Below are positions 9,126 to 18,451 of a DNA stretch of 28,975 bases, one piece after another; the stretch's first letter is position 1, and each line of letters starts with the position of its first letter. Source of the DNA: Verrucomicrobiota bacterium (GTDB taxonomy: Bacteria > Verrucomicrobiota > Verrucomicrobiia > Limisphaerales > CANJSG01); assembly GCA_038209745.1 (NCBI GenBank), contig JBBQXJ010000062.1, forward strand, positions 1 to 28,975, given 5' to 3'. The translations under genes and the position numbers were made by a program. The notes beneath the pieces are model-generated. The model made no database searches. It saw only the letters and a list, made by a program, of their open reading frames with translations, and was not told the DNA's origin.

Positions 9126-9290
9126 TGCGCTGCTGGGGCGACTGCCGGGACCGTCTTCCTTGTCGCCGCACGAACCTTGCCGTTGACGGCGGCGGCGTGT
9201 GCTTCAGCGGCGAGAACGGCGGAGATTGGGGCGAACGGAAACCGGCGGCGAAGCAATGGGGAAACGATCTCAAAAGAAGCAGGTCGTGGA

Positions 9291-9905
9291 TCATTTCCAC
9301 GGTTTGAAGCTGCCTTCGGAAACGTGGAAATCGACCACTCGATCACTGTCGTTGGCCTCCACGACCAACGTCTTGGTCGTGCCTGTGATCTGTCCTTTGG
9401 GGACCCGCGCGTAGAACCAACGATAGACGACGGTTCCCTTGATGGTCAGCTGTTCGTCCGTCGGCTGACCCAGCATTTTTTCGACTTCCTGGATCGTGGT
9501 GGAGCCCTTGCGAATCGACTGGAGTTGAGCCTCGTTGAAGTCGGTTCCGCCCACGACCCCGAGGATGCCTGAGTTGTGCAGGGCGACGCGGGGCGAGTGG
9601 GCATGGGTCTTCTCCACCACTCCGTTGCGGTCGAAAAGAACGTAGAACTCGTTTTGGGTGGACAGCGCCCCTGCCGGGGTCTGGCTCACGTAGGCGGAAT
9701 CCTTGTCCACGTAGTAGTGGAGGGTGTGATTGGTGTCGGCCACGGTCAGCTTGGGAGGGCCGAGCAGCTGACGCGTTTGCTCAAGGGTCGTGGTTCCGGG
9801 TTGGATCAGCGCCAGTCGCGCCGGAGCCAGGTTCGAGACGTTGGAACAGCCGCACACCGAGGCAACGAATAAAGCACAGGAAAGGATCAAGCCGTGTCGG
9901 ATCAT
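9291..9905 (-). CDS. Lipoprotein with two SmpA/OmlA (BamE)-like repeats, paralog B
   Basis: Real ATG at 9905 (MIRHGLILSC...VCGCSN), hidden at the end of track ORF 9291..11144; repeats IQPGTTTLEQTRQLLGPP and IRKGSTTIQEVEKMLGQP. Confidence 0.75.
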   Translation of the reverse strand: MIRHGLILSCALFVASVCGCSNVSNLAPARLALIQPGTTTLEQTRQLLGPPKLTVADTNHTLHYYVDKDSAYVSQTPAGALSTQNEFYVLFDRNGVVEKTHAHSPRVALHNSGILGVVGGTDFNEAQLQSIRKGSTTIQEVEKMLGQPTDEQLTIKGTVVYRWFYARVPKGQITGTTKTLVVEANDSDRVVDFHVSEGSFKPWK

Positions 9906-9912
9906 CCGGGTT

Positions 9913-9941
9913 CTTCTGGGGGCCTGGGGAGAGAGTGTCAA
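9913..9941 (-). promoter_or_regulatory. Promoter-like element TTGACA-N17-CAGAAG, 7 nt before the ATG of paralog B
   Basis: -35 consensus at 9936-9941 overlaps the TGA stop of the upstream PQQ-like gene. Confidence 0.5.
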
Positions 9942-11467
9942 TTCGGCTTTGAGCCCACCGCATATAGCGTCTTCATCGTGGCGACGTAGAGCGCGCCGTT
10001 CGCGGCGGTGGCGGTGGCGTTGATGGCGCTGTCGAGCTTCACGCTGGAGAGCAGCTTCTTCTCCCGGCCTTGGGCGAAGGTGAGAAAATCTCCGCGCCGT
10101 GTGCCGAGGAAAAGCTTCCCATCCGCCGCCAGCACGGAGGCCCAGACATCGCTTCCCACGTCGTGGTCCCAGACCAATGCGCCGGTCTTCGCGTCCACGC
10201 AGTGCAGCATGTGCTGGGAATCCGCCGCGTAGACCAGGCCGCCGATCACCGTGGGGGTGGACATGGTGTGGCGCCCGAGCGGATGGCTCCAGACCAGGTT
10301 CTTCGCGGTGATGTCGCCGGTGCCGTGGGGATCGACGCGCTTGAGCCAGGCTTCGTTCTTGCCCCACCACCAGTCGCCGCCGCCGGCCACGAAGATCGCG
10401 CCGTCGGCGAAGACCGGCATGCCGAAGATGTTGCTGGGACCGACGCGGCGGTTGCCGAGGTAGGGATGGATGTCGCCTTTCGGGGCTTCGGGATCGCAGT
10501 CGAACTGCCAGACCTTGTGCAGCGTGGCGACCTCGCCATCGGCCGGAGTGCCGACCAGCGGATCGAACGCGTAGAGGACGCCGTTTCCGCCCGCGAAGAT
10601 GACCAGTTCCTTCCCGTTCACCGTCGCCAGGGCGGGTGAGGACCAGGTGCAGTGGAAGATGTTGGTGGCGATGTTTTCGCGGTCGCGGGCCAGCATGCGA
10701 CCGGTCTTCTTGTCGAGCACGACGAGGCTCGGGGCGTCGGGCGTGCGGATGACCTTGTGGGTGTTGTCCACGCCGGTGCCGGTGTTGAGATAGAGGTGGT
10801 CGCCGCGAATCAGGATCGAGCTGTGGGCGCCGTCGTGCGACCAGATGCCCGCTTTTGTGGTGAGGTTGAACGCCCAGAGAATGTCGGCGTCGATCGGAGC
10901 GAGCTTGCGCGGGGTGATTTCGGCGTTGGGCGCGTTGGTGTCGATCGGGACCATCCGTCGGCCTTCGTCGACGAAGGGGCCTTGGTTGCCATTGGTGAGG
11001 CCGTCGATGTCCATGCAGACGACGATGCCGCGGTTGTCCACGAGGTAGACGCGGTCGCCTTCGACTGTGGCGGGCGAGGACATGCCGGTCTTCGGCCAGT
11101 CGTGGTAGATGTCCTCCTCGCGCTTGGGGACGACCAGCTGCCATTTGAGTTCTCCGGTCTTTTCGTCGAGGCAGAGGTAAACCCCGCGGTCGCCGGTGTT
11201 TTCCGGATCACGTGGGTGTTCGTTGTTCGTGCCGATGAAAACGCGGCCGTGCGCGACCACCGGTGACGCGTAGGTCTCGCTCCCGAGCGGCGCTGTCCAG
11301 CGGATGTTCTTCCCGGTCTCAGGATCGAATGAATCAGGCAGGCCCGTTTCGGCCGAGACATGGTTGCGGTCCCAGGCCTGGCCCCATTGCGGCCGATCCT
11401 CGGCATGAACCGCCAAGCTGGCCAGGACGACTGCGGCGGCAACGGAGGCATGGAAAATGGGTCGCAT
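9938..11467 (-). CDS. PQQ-binding-like beta-propeller repeat protein (BamB-like fold), secreted
   Basis: Signal peptide from ATG 11467 (MRPIFHASVAAAVVLASLAVHA-EDRPQWG); blades NIRWTAPLGSETYASPVV, CLDEKTGELKWQ, CVDAKTGALVWDHD. Confidence 0.85.
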   Translation of the reverse strand: MRPIFHASVAAAVVLASLAVHAEDRPQWGQAWDRNHVSAETGLPDSFDPETGKNIRWTAPLGSETYASPVVAHGRVFIGTNNEHPRDPENTGDRGVYLCLDEKTGELKWQLVVPKREEDIYHDWPKTGMSSPATVEGDRVYLVDNRGIVVCMDIDGLTNGNQGPFVDEGRRMVPIDTNAPNAEITPRKLAPIDADILWAFNLTTKAGIWSHDGAHSSILIRGDHLYLNTGTGVDNTHKVIRTPDAPSLVVLDKKTGRMLARDRENIATNIFHCTWSSPALATVNGKELVIFAGGNGVLYAFDPLVGTPADGEVATLHKVWQFDCDPEAPKGDIHPYLGNRRVGPSNIFGMPVFADGAIFVAGGGDWWWGKNEAWLKRVDPHGTGDITAKNLVWSHPLGRHTMSTPTVIGGLVYAADSQHMLHCVDAKTGALVWDHDVGSDVWASVLAADGKLFLGTRRGDFLTFAQGREKKLLSSVKLDSAINATATAANGALYVATMKTLYAVGSKPN

Positions 11468-11740
11468 CGGCGGAATGTAGTGAACCAATCGGGCCGGGTA
11501 AATCCCCGGTATCGGCATCAGATGGGCGAGGCGCGCGGTGTGCACGATGCAATGACCGCCAACGAGGCTCATGCAAAGTCGCGGGTCGTTGGGAATTGGT
11601 TTGCGGGTTTTGGGTCAAACAAGGGTTGTTTTCCGGTTTAGCCGGGGTTTCCGGGTGGGCATCCATCCTGCGGTGGAAGTCGGGCTGAAGGTCGCGACTT
11701 CGATCCGGCCCGCCAAAACCAACCAGAAGAAACCCATTTT

Positions 11741-11938
11741 ATGAACAAGACCCCTGGAATCGTCCTGCTCGGCGTCGGAGTCGCGCTCATCGTGTTTGGA
11801 GTCAGCGCCTCGGATTCGATCGGATCCTCTGTCTCCCGTGCCTTCACCGGCACCCCAACCGACAAGTCCCTGTGGCTGCTGATCGGCGGTATCGGCGCCA
11901 CCATCGCCGGCGCGTTTGTTTCGTTCCGTCGCACATAG
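11741..11938 (+). CDS. DUF3185-like small membrane protein
   Basis: 65 aa, two TM helices, motif SDSIGSSVSRAFTGTPTDKSLWLLIGG. Confidence 0.8.
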   Translation: MNKTPGIVLLGVGVALIVFGVSASDSIGSSVSRAFTGTPTDKSLWLLIGGIGATIAGAFVSFRRT

Positions 11939-11966
11939 GTTCGCCGGGGATGGATGGATCCTTGCC

Positions 11967-11992
11967 GGGATGCAGATTTCCTGCGTCCTTTT
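11967..11992 (+). terminator. Hairpin plus short U tract after DUF3185 (or operator palindrome upstream of arsM)
   Basis: GGGATGCAG-atttc-CTGCGTCCT-TTT; stem includes G-U pairs. Confidence 0.45.
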
Positions 11993-12022
11993 GGGAACCG
12001 GACCGTCCATTCCGGTGTAACT

Positions 12023-12862
12023 ATGAGCACCATCAGCTTTCGACCCGCCAAACCCGATGCGGATCAAGTCCGTGAAGAAGTCCGCCGTCATTACGCCGCC
12101 GCCGTCGAAGGCTCCGGCTGTTGCGATACCGGCGGCTGCGGTGACGGCTCCTGCACCACGGAAGCGTCGGAACTCGGCTACACCGCCGAGGATATCGCGA
12201 ACCTTCCCGACGGAGCCGATCTTGGACTGGGTTGCGGCAATCCCCAAGCCATCGCCGCGTTGAAGCTGGGCGAAGTCGCCTTGGACCTCGGCAGCGGCGC
12301 TGGCTTCGACTGCTTCCTCGCGGCCAAAGCGGTGGGTCCGACTGGCCGCTCCATCGGAGTGGACATGACCCCGCAGATGTTGGCGAAGGCCCGGGAGAAC
12401 GCCCGCAAGGCCGGCTTCACGAACGTCGATTTTCGCCTCGGCGAGATCGAACATCTCCCGGTGGCCGACGCGACGGTCGACGTCATCCTGTCGAATTGTG
12501 TCATCAACCTGTCTCCGACCCAGCAGCAGGTTTTCCACGAGTCTTTCCGCGTGTTGAAACCCGGGGGACGACTGGCCGTCGCCGACATGGTGCGCACCGC
12601 CGAGCTGCCGCCTGAAGTCGCCCAGAGCTTGGCCGCGCTCTGCGGCTGCGTCTCCGGCGCGTCGTCGATCGAGGAACTGGAAGCGATGCTGACGAAGGCC
12701 GGCTTCGTGGACATCCGCATCCGGCCCAAGAACGAGAGCCGGTCGTTCGTCCGCCGCTGGGTGCCGGGCCGCGACGCCAGCGAGTTCGTGGTGTCCGCCA
12801 CGATCGAGGCGACCAAGCCGGGCGGCTGCGGGTGTGGACCGGAGGGCTGCGGGGCGGAATGA
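12023..12862 (+). CDS. arsM: Arsenite S-adenosylmethionine methyltransferase
   Basis: LGLGCGNP, LDLGSGAGFD, IGVDMTPQML, ILSNCVINLSP, LCGCVSGA, Cys-rich N- and C-termini; ATG 12023. Confidence 0.93.
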   Translation: MSTISFRPAKPDADQVREEVRRHYAAAVEGSGCCDTGGCGDGSCTTEASELGYTAEDIANLPDGADLGLGCGNPQAIAALKLGEVALDLGSGAGFDCFLAAKAVGPTGRSIGVDMTPQMLAKARENARKAGFTNVDFRLGEIEHLPVADATVDVILSNCVINLSPTQQQVFHESFRVLKPGGRLAVADMVRTAELPPEVAQSLAALCGCVSGASSIEELEAMLTKAGFVDIRIRPKNESRSFVRRWVPGRDASEFVVSATIEATKPGGCGCGPEGCGAE

Positions 12863-13428
12863 ACCCGACCGTCGAACAGCTCTGGCTCACCTTCGCCGGC
12901 GAACTGCTCGGGTTCATCCGTTCGCGGGTGAAGGACCCCGCGGTGGCCGACGATATTCTCCAGGACGTCTTCCTGAAGATCCACCAGCGGCTGTCCTCGC
13001 TGCGCAGCGCGGAAAAGGCGCAATCGTGGGTCTACCAGATCGCGCGCAATGCGATCGTCGACCACGTTCGCAGCCAGACGAAGGACGCGTCGGTGGAGCA
13101 TTCGGCCCAGATCGAGTTTCGGGCGCCGATCTCGGTGGCTCCTGCGACTCCCGATTTGTCCCCCATCATCCGCCAGTTCGTGGACCAGCTTCCGAAGGGC
13201 TTCCGCGACGCGTTGATCGCGACGGAATGGGAAGGTCTTACCCAGGCCGAATACGCGGCGAAGTCCGGTCTGTCGCTCAGCGGCGCCAAGTCCCGGGTGC
13301 AGCGAGCCAGGGCGGAGCTGCGGCGTCTACTCGACGACTGCTGCCGCTTCGAACTCGACCGCCGTGGCAAGGTGCTGGAAGCGGTGCCGCGTCGCGCCAA
13401 CAGCCCCTGCGACGGCGTCTGCTGCTGA
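12859..13428 (+). CDS. sigZ: ECF RNA polymerase sigma factor, SigZ-like, with Cys-rich C-terminus
   Basis: Region 2 ADDILQDVFLKIH...SWVYQIARNAIVDH; region 4 EGLTQAEYAAKSGLSLSGAKSRVQRAR; tail DDCCRFELDRRG...PCDGVCC; ATGA overlap with arsM. Confidence 0.88.
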   Translation: MNPTVEQLWLTFAGELLGFIRSRVKDPAVADDILQDVFLKIHQRLSSLRSAEKAQSWVYQIARNAIVDHVRSQTKDASVEHSAQIEFRAPISVAPATPDLSPIIRQFVDQLPKGFRDALIATEWEGLTQAEYAAKSGLSLSGAKSRVQRARAELRRLLDDCCRFELDRRGKVLEAVPRRANSPCDGVCC

Positions 13429-13430
13429 TC

Positions 13431-14099
13431 ATGCAACGCCACCGACTCTTCGGCGAATTCTTCGGAACGTTCGCCCTGATCTTTGCCGGCACCGGTGCGG
13501 TGGTGGTGAACCAGACGCAGAACGGCGTGATCGGCCATGCCGGCGTGGCGTTGGTCTGGGGGTTGGTCGTGCTGGCGATGATCTACGCCTTTGGTGACGT
13601 TTCAGGGGCGCACTTCAATCCGGCGGTGACCCTGGGCTTTTGTGCTGCCGGCCGTTTCACCCTGCGCGAGGCCGTTCCGTATATCGCGGTCCAATGCGTG
13701 GCGGCGACGGCGGCCAGCGGGCTTTTGCATGTGCTGTTCCCGACGAATGAACTCCTGGGCTCGACCCGACCAGCCGGACCGGCGTGGCAATCGTGGGTGC
13801 TGGAACTGGTGCTTACTTGGATCCTTATGCTGGTGGTGTTGAACGTCTCCACCGGCCCGAAGGAGAAGGGAGTTACCGCCGGCATCGCCGTGGGCGCGGT
13901 CATCGGTATGGAAGCGATGTTCGCCGGGCCCGTTTCCGGCGCCTCGATGAATCCCGCCCGCTCCTTCGGGCCCGCCCTCGTTTCCGGCCACCTCGACGTG
14001 CTCTGGATCTACCTTTCCGCCCCGGTCCTCGGCGCCCTGCTCGCGGTGCCGTCGCGGTGGCTGCTCGAAGCCCCCAAGAATCCGATCGATCTCCCATGA
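13431..14099 (+). CDS. MIP family channel (NIP-like aquaglyceroporin; probable arsenite channel)
   Basis: [16 protein letters not shown] and [13 protein letters not shown]; starts 2 nt after the sigZ stop. Confidence 0.92.
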   Translation: MQRHRLFGEFFGTFALIFAGTGAVVVNQTQNGVIGHAGVALVWGLVVLAMIYAFGDVSGAHFNPAVTLGFCAAGRFTLREAVPYIAVQCVAATAASGLLHVLFPTNELLGSTRPAGPAWQSWVLELVLTWILMLVVLNVSTGPKEKGVTAGIAVGAVIGMEAMFAGPVSGASMNPARSFGPALVSGHLDVLWIYLSAPVLGALLAVPSRWLLEAPKNPIDLP

Positions 14100-14542
14100 C
14101 CCACGCCGCCAAACCCACCGTCCTCATCCTCTGCACCGGCAATTCGTGCCGCAGCCATCTCGCCGAAGGTCTGCTGCGCGCGGCGGCTGGAGACCTGCTC
14201 GACGTTCAGAGCGCCGGCTCGAAACCCGCCGGCTACGTCCATCCGATGGCCATCGAAGCCATGCGCGAAGTCGGGATCGACCTCGCGGGTCACCATTCGA
14301 AGCACATGGACGAATTCCTCCAGCGACCGGTGGAAACGGTCATCACCGTTTGCGGCAACGCGGACCAGGCCTGCCCGACCTTTCCCGGACAGGTGAACCG
14401 CCACCATTGGGGCTTCGACGATCCGGCCCACGCCACCGGGACCGATGCCGAGAAGATGGCCGTGTTCCGCCGGGTGCGCGACGAGATCAAACGCGTCTTC
14501 GAAGCCTATGCGGGGGGTCGACGGGATGCGCAGAAGGCGTAG
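14096..14542 (+). CDS. arsC: Arsenate reductase, LMW-PTP (thioredoxin-type) family
   Basis: [16 protein letters not shown]-loop, [36 protein letters not shown] overlap with the aquaporin gene. Confidence 0.93.
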   Translation: MTHAAKPTVLILCTGNSCRSHLAEGLLRAAAGDLLDVQSAGSKPAGYVHPMAIEAMREVGIDLAGHHSKHMDEFLQRPVETVITVCGNADQACPTFPGQVNRHHWGFDDPAHATGTDAEKMAVFRRVRDEIKRVFEAYAGGRRDAQKA

Positions 14543-14577
14543 GGCGCATCGTGGACGTCGCACTGAATGACGACCCC

Positions 14578-15183
14578 ATGAACGCCACCGAACGATTGAC
14601 CCGCCAGATCGGCTTTGTCCTCGAAGCCGAGAAGCTGAAGGCCGTCCTGCGACGGACCTCGCCAGTGGGCGCGGAACGCCGCGAAAACTCGGCCGAGCAT
14701 AGTTGGACATTGGCGCTCATGGCCGTGTTGCTGGCGGAGCATTCGAACCGGCCCGTCGATCTCGACCGCGTGCTGCAGATGATCCTCGTCCATGACCTCG
14801 TGGAGATCGACGCGGGCGACACCTTCCACTACGACGCCGCAGCCGTGGCGACGAAGGCGGAGCGCGAGACCCGGGCGGCGGAGCGGATCTTCGGGCTGCT
14901 GCCCGACGAGCAGGGGTTGGAGCTGCGGAGACTCTGGAACGAGTTCGAGGCCGGCCGGACCGCCGAGGCCCGCTTCGCCGGCGCGTTGGATCGCTTGGCC
15001 CCGATGCTCCAGAACTTCCACAACGCCGGTGGCAGCTGGCTCCGGCACGGCGTCACCAGCCAGCAGGTGACGGAGCGCAACGGGAACATCGTCCTTGGTT
15101 CCGAGCGGCTCTGGGAGTTCGCCGTCGAGCTGATCCGGGAGGCGGAGGCGAAGGGATTCTTCGCCGGTGACGACGCTGGATGA
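14578..15183 (+). CDS. HD-domain hydrolase (HD_3/YfbR-like)
   Basis: KLKAVLRRT, RENSAEHSW, ILVHDLVEIDAGD, LWNEFE, ALDRLAP. Alternative start GTG 14551. Confidence 0.88.
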   Translation: MNATERLTRQIGFVLEAEKLKAVLRRTSPVGAERRENSAEHSWTLALMAVLLAEHSNRPVDLDRVLQMILVHDLVEIDAGDTFHYDAAAVATKAERETRAAERIFGLLPDEQGLELRRLWNEFEAGRTAEARFAGALDRLAPMLQNFHNAGGSWLRHGVTSQQVTERNGNIVLGSERLWEFAVELIREAEAKGFFAGDDAG

Positions 15184-15254
15184 CCCCACGTTCGGGTGGG
15201 TTCCTCCAAAAGTCTTGGTCCCGTTCCGTGGCCCGGGCATAAACCTCCCCGACC

Positions 15255-16538
<1,284 letters not shown>

Positions 16539-16572
16539 GCTCGGGCCCATCGGCTGTGCGGACGGAATCGCG

Positions 16573-18287
16573 GTGACAACCGGACCGGCTCCGTCCAACG
16601 CTCGCGGCGTGATCCCTTTGCTTTGGAGATGCGTGCTGTTCCTGCTGCTGCCTTGGGCGGCGTTGGCGGACGGCAAGGTCTTTCCCCGGGGCGAATTCGA
16701 TCCAAGCCAAGTGCCCATCCCCGATCAACGGGCGATGATCCACTGGGCCGGCGGGGTGGAACGCCTGGTCATCGAGACCTCCTTTGCCGGCCCGGGACGA
16801 ACTTCGCGTGGGTGGTGCCGCTGCCGGCGGTGCCGGAGATCGAGCAGGCGACACCGGGGCTGTTTCCCACCTTGAACCGGATCTTCCTGCCGGCGGTGGA
16901 CCTTTCCGGCGACCGTTGGTTTGTTGGGTTCGGCTGGTTCGTGTTGGGCTCTTGGGCGATGCTCCGGCGGGATCGATTGGCCTCGACGCATCAGATTTGG
17001 CTGGCCTTGGTCGCCTTCGTTTGGGGAATGGTGTGGGCGAACCATGTGATGGATTTCGTAATGGCCTTGCTGGGGACGCTCGTGCTTCTAGTCGTCAGCG
17101 CGGATCTGCGGCGACGGCGGGATCCCGCCGCCAAGAGCGATCTGATGGCGCTGATCCTCCTGTTGATGTCGCTTTTGGTCCTGGCCGGGATGCTTCTTCC
17201 CGCGCTGGGCCCCGCAAGCACCCGGGGAATCAGCACGGGCGGCACGGAGGGGAATGGGGTCGAAGTTTTGGCCCGAACGAAAACCGAGCGCTTCGATGTG
17301 ACCGTGGTGACGGGCACCAATGCGGCGGTGTTGACCGACTGGCTGCGGGACAGGGGATATGCGGCCTCGCCGGAAGTCGCCCCCGTGATCTCCAACTACG
17401 TTCGACAAGGCTGGGTCTTTGCCGCTGCCCGGTTGATCGGCGCCGAAGCTGGAGCCACCAATGCCACGCCGCCGCTATCGTTCCGCTTCGCCTCGGCTGA
17501 GCCGGTCTATCCCATGGCGCTCACGGGGGTCGGCAGTCATGGACTGAAAGTGGAGCTGTTTGTCTTCGGGCCGGAACAGGCGTCGGCGTCGGGCTGGAAA
17601 GCGGTCCGCAGCCAGCCTTTGGGCCTGGTCGAGACCACCGTCGGGACTCTTCGTCTTCGGCCGATTTCCTGGCTGACGACGGGGCACCCGCTTTTGAGGA
17701 AGTGGATCGGTCCCAAAACCCAAGGAACGCTGCTCCGGGCGTCATTGGCTCCTTCCGAGATGCAGCGGGACGTCCGGCTCGAATGGGCGGGAACGAACTC
17801 CTTTGGTGGTTTGAGGCCGAGCTCCCGCACCGTTGGGGTCCGGGCGTTCAACTATGGGGCTTGGATCGCCGCGATGTTTGCCGGGGCGTCGTTGGCCTTG
17901 AAGCGATCCACCGGCTCGGGGTCGGCGACGCGCTGTTGGCATCTGGGCTGGATCGCGGGTGGAATCGTGGCGGTGCTACTCTGGAGCTCAACGCCGGCGG
18001 TCACGATCAGGCGCGGCTCCGATCCGAAAAGGGGATTTACGACAATCCAGGATCTTCAGAGAGATGCCGTGAAGGTGAGCCGACAGCTCTATGGAAAGCG
18101 GTTCGCCGGCCCGGAGCATTCCGAGGCGCTCCGTCGGTATTTCACGACGTCGGCCACCAACGTCTTCACGGGCCGGTTGATGCGGGAAGGAGACGCTCCG
18201 GGTGACTTTGCCATGCACGAAGACGAGAGCGGCGACTGGAACGTCTTCTGGATCGACGCCAGTGGTTCGGAGGTTCCGGTCATTTAG
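16573..18287 (+). pseudogene. DUF2330-like membrane protein split by a single 1-nt deletion (pseudogene or sequencing error)
   Basis: Signal peptide + ADGKVFP...DQRAMIHWAGGVERLVIETSFAG in one frame continues as PGTNFAWVVPLPAVPEI in another; switch in the CCCGGG run at 16791-16796. Later LTDWLRDRGY, YVRQGWVFAA, PLSFRF...PVYPMALT. Confidence 0.7.
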
Positions 18288-18451
18288 GAACGGGTCGGGC
18301 GGGAAGCGCAGCGGGTCAACCCCTCTCATCAACCGGCAGCCGCTTCCATCGGGTTTGTCCCGGTGCTTGGTTGCGTTGGTTGTGTCCCGGGTTAAACCCG
18401 TTCGACTTTCCGCTTTGCTCCGGGCGTCTCGTCGGCACTCTTTCCGCACCA

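Noticed and set aside
11617..11631. AAACAA-GGG-TTGTTT palindrome resembling the arms of the nagB inverted repeat
   Set aside because: Short, different spacing, and could arise by chance.
14578..15183. HD hydrolase as a fifth ars gene
   Set aside because: Not overlapped with arsC, no Cys residues, and no known arsenic role; co-transcription is possible but unsupported.
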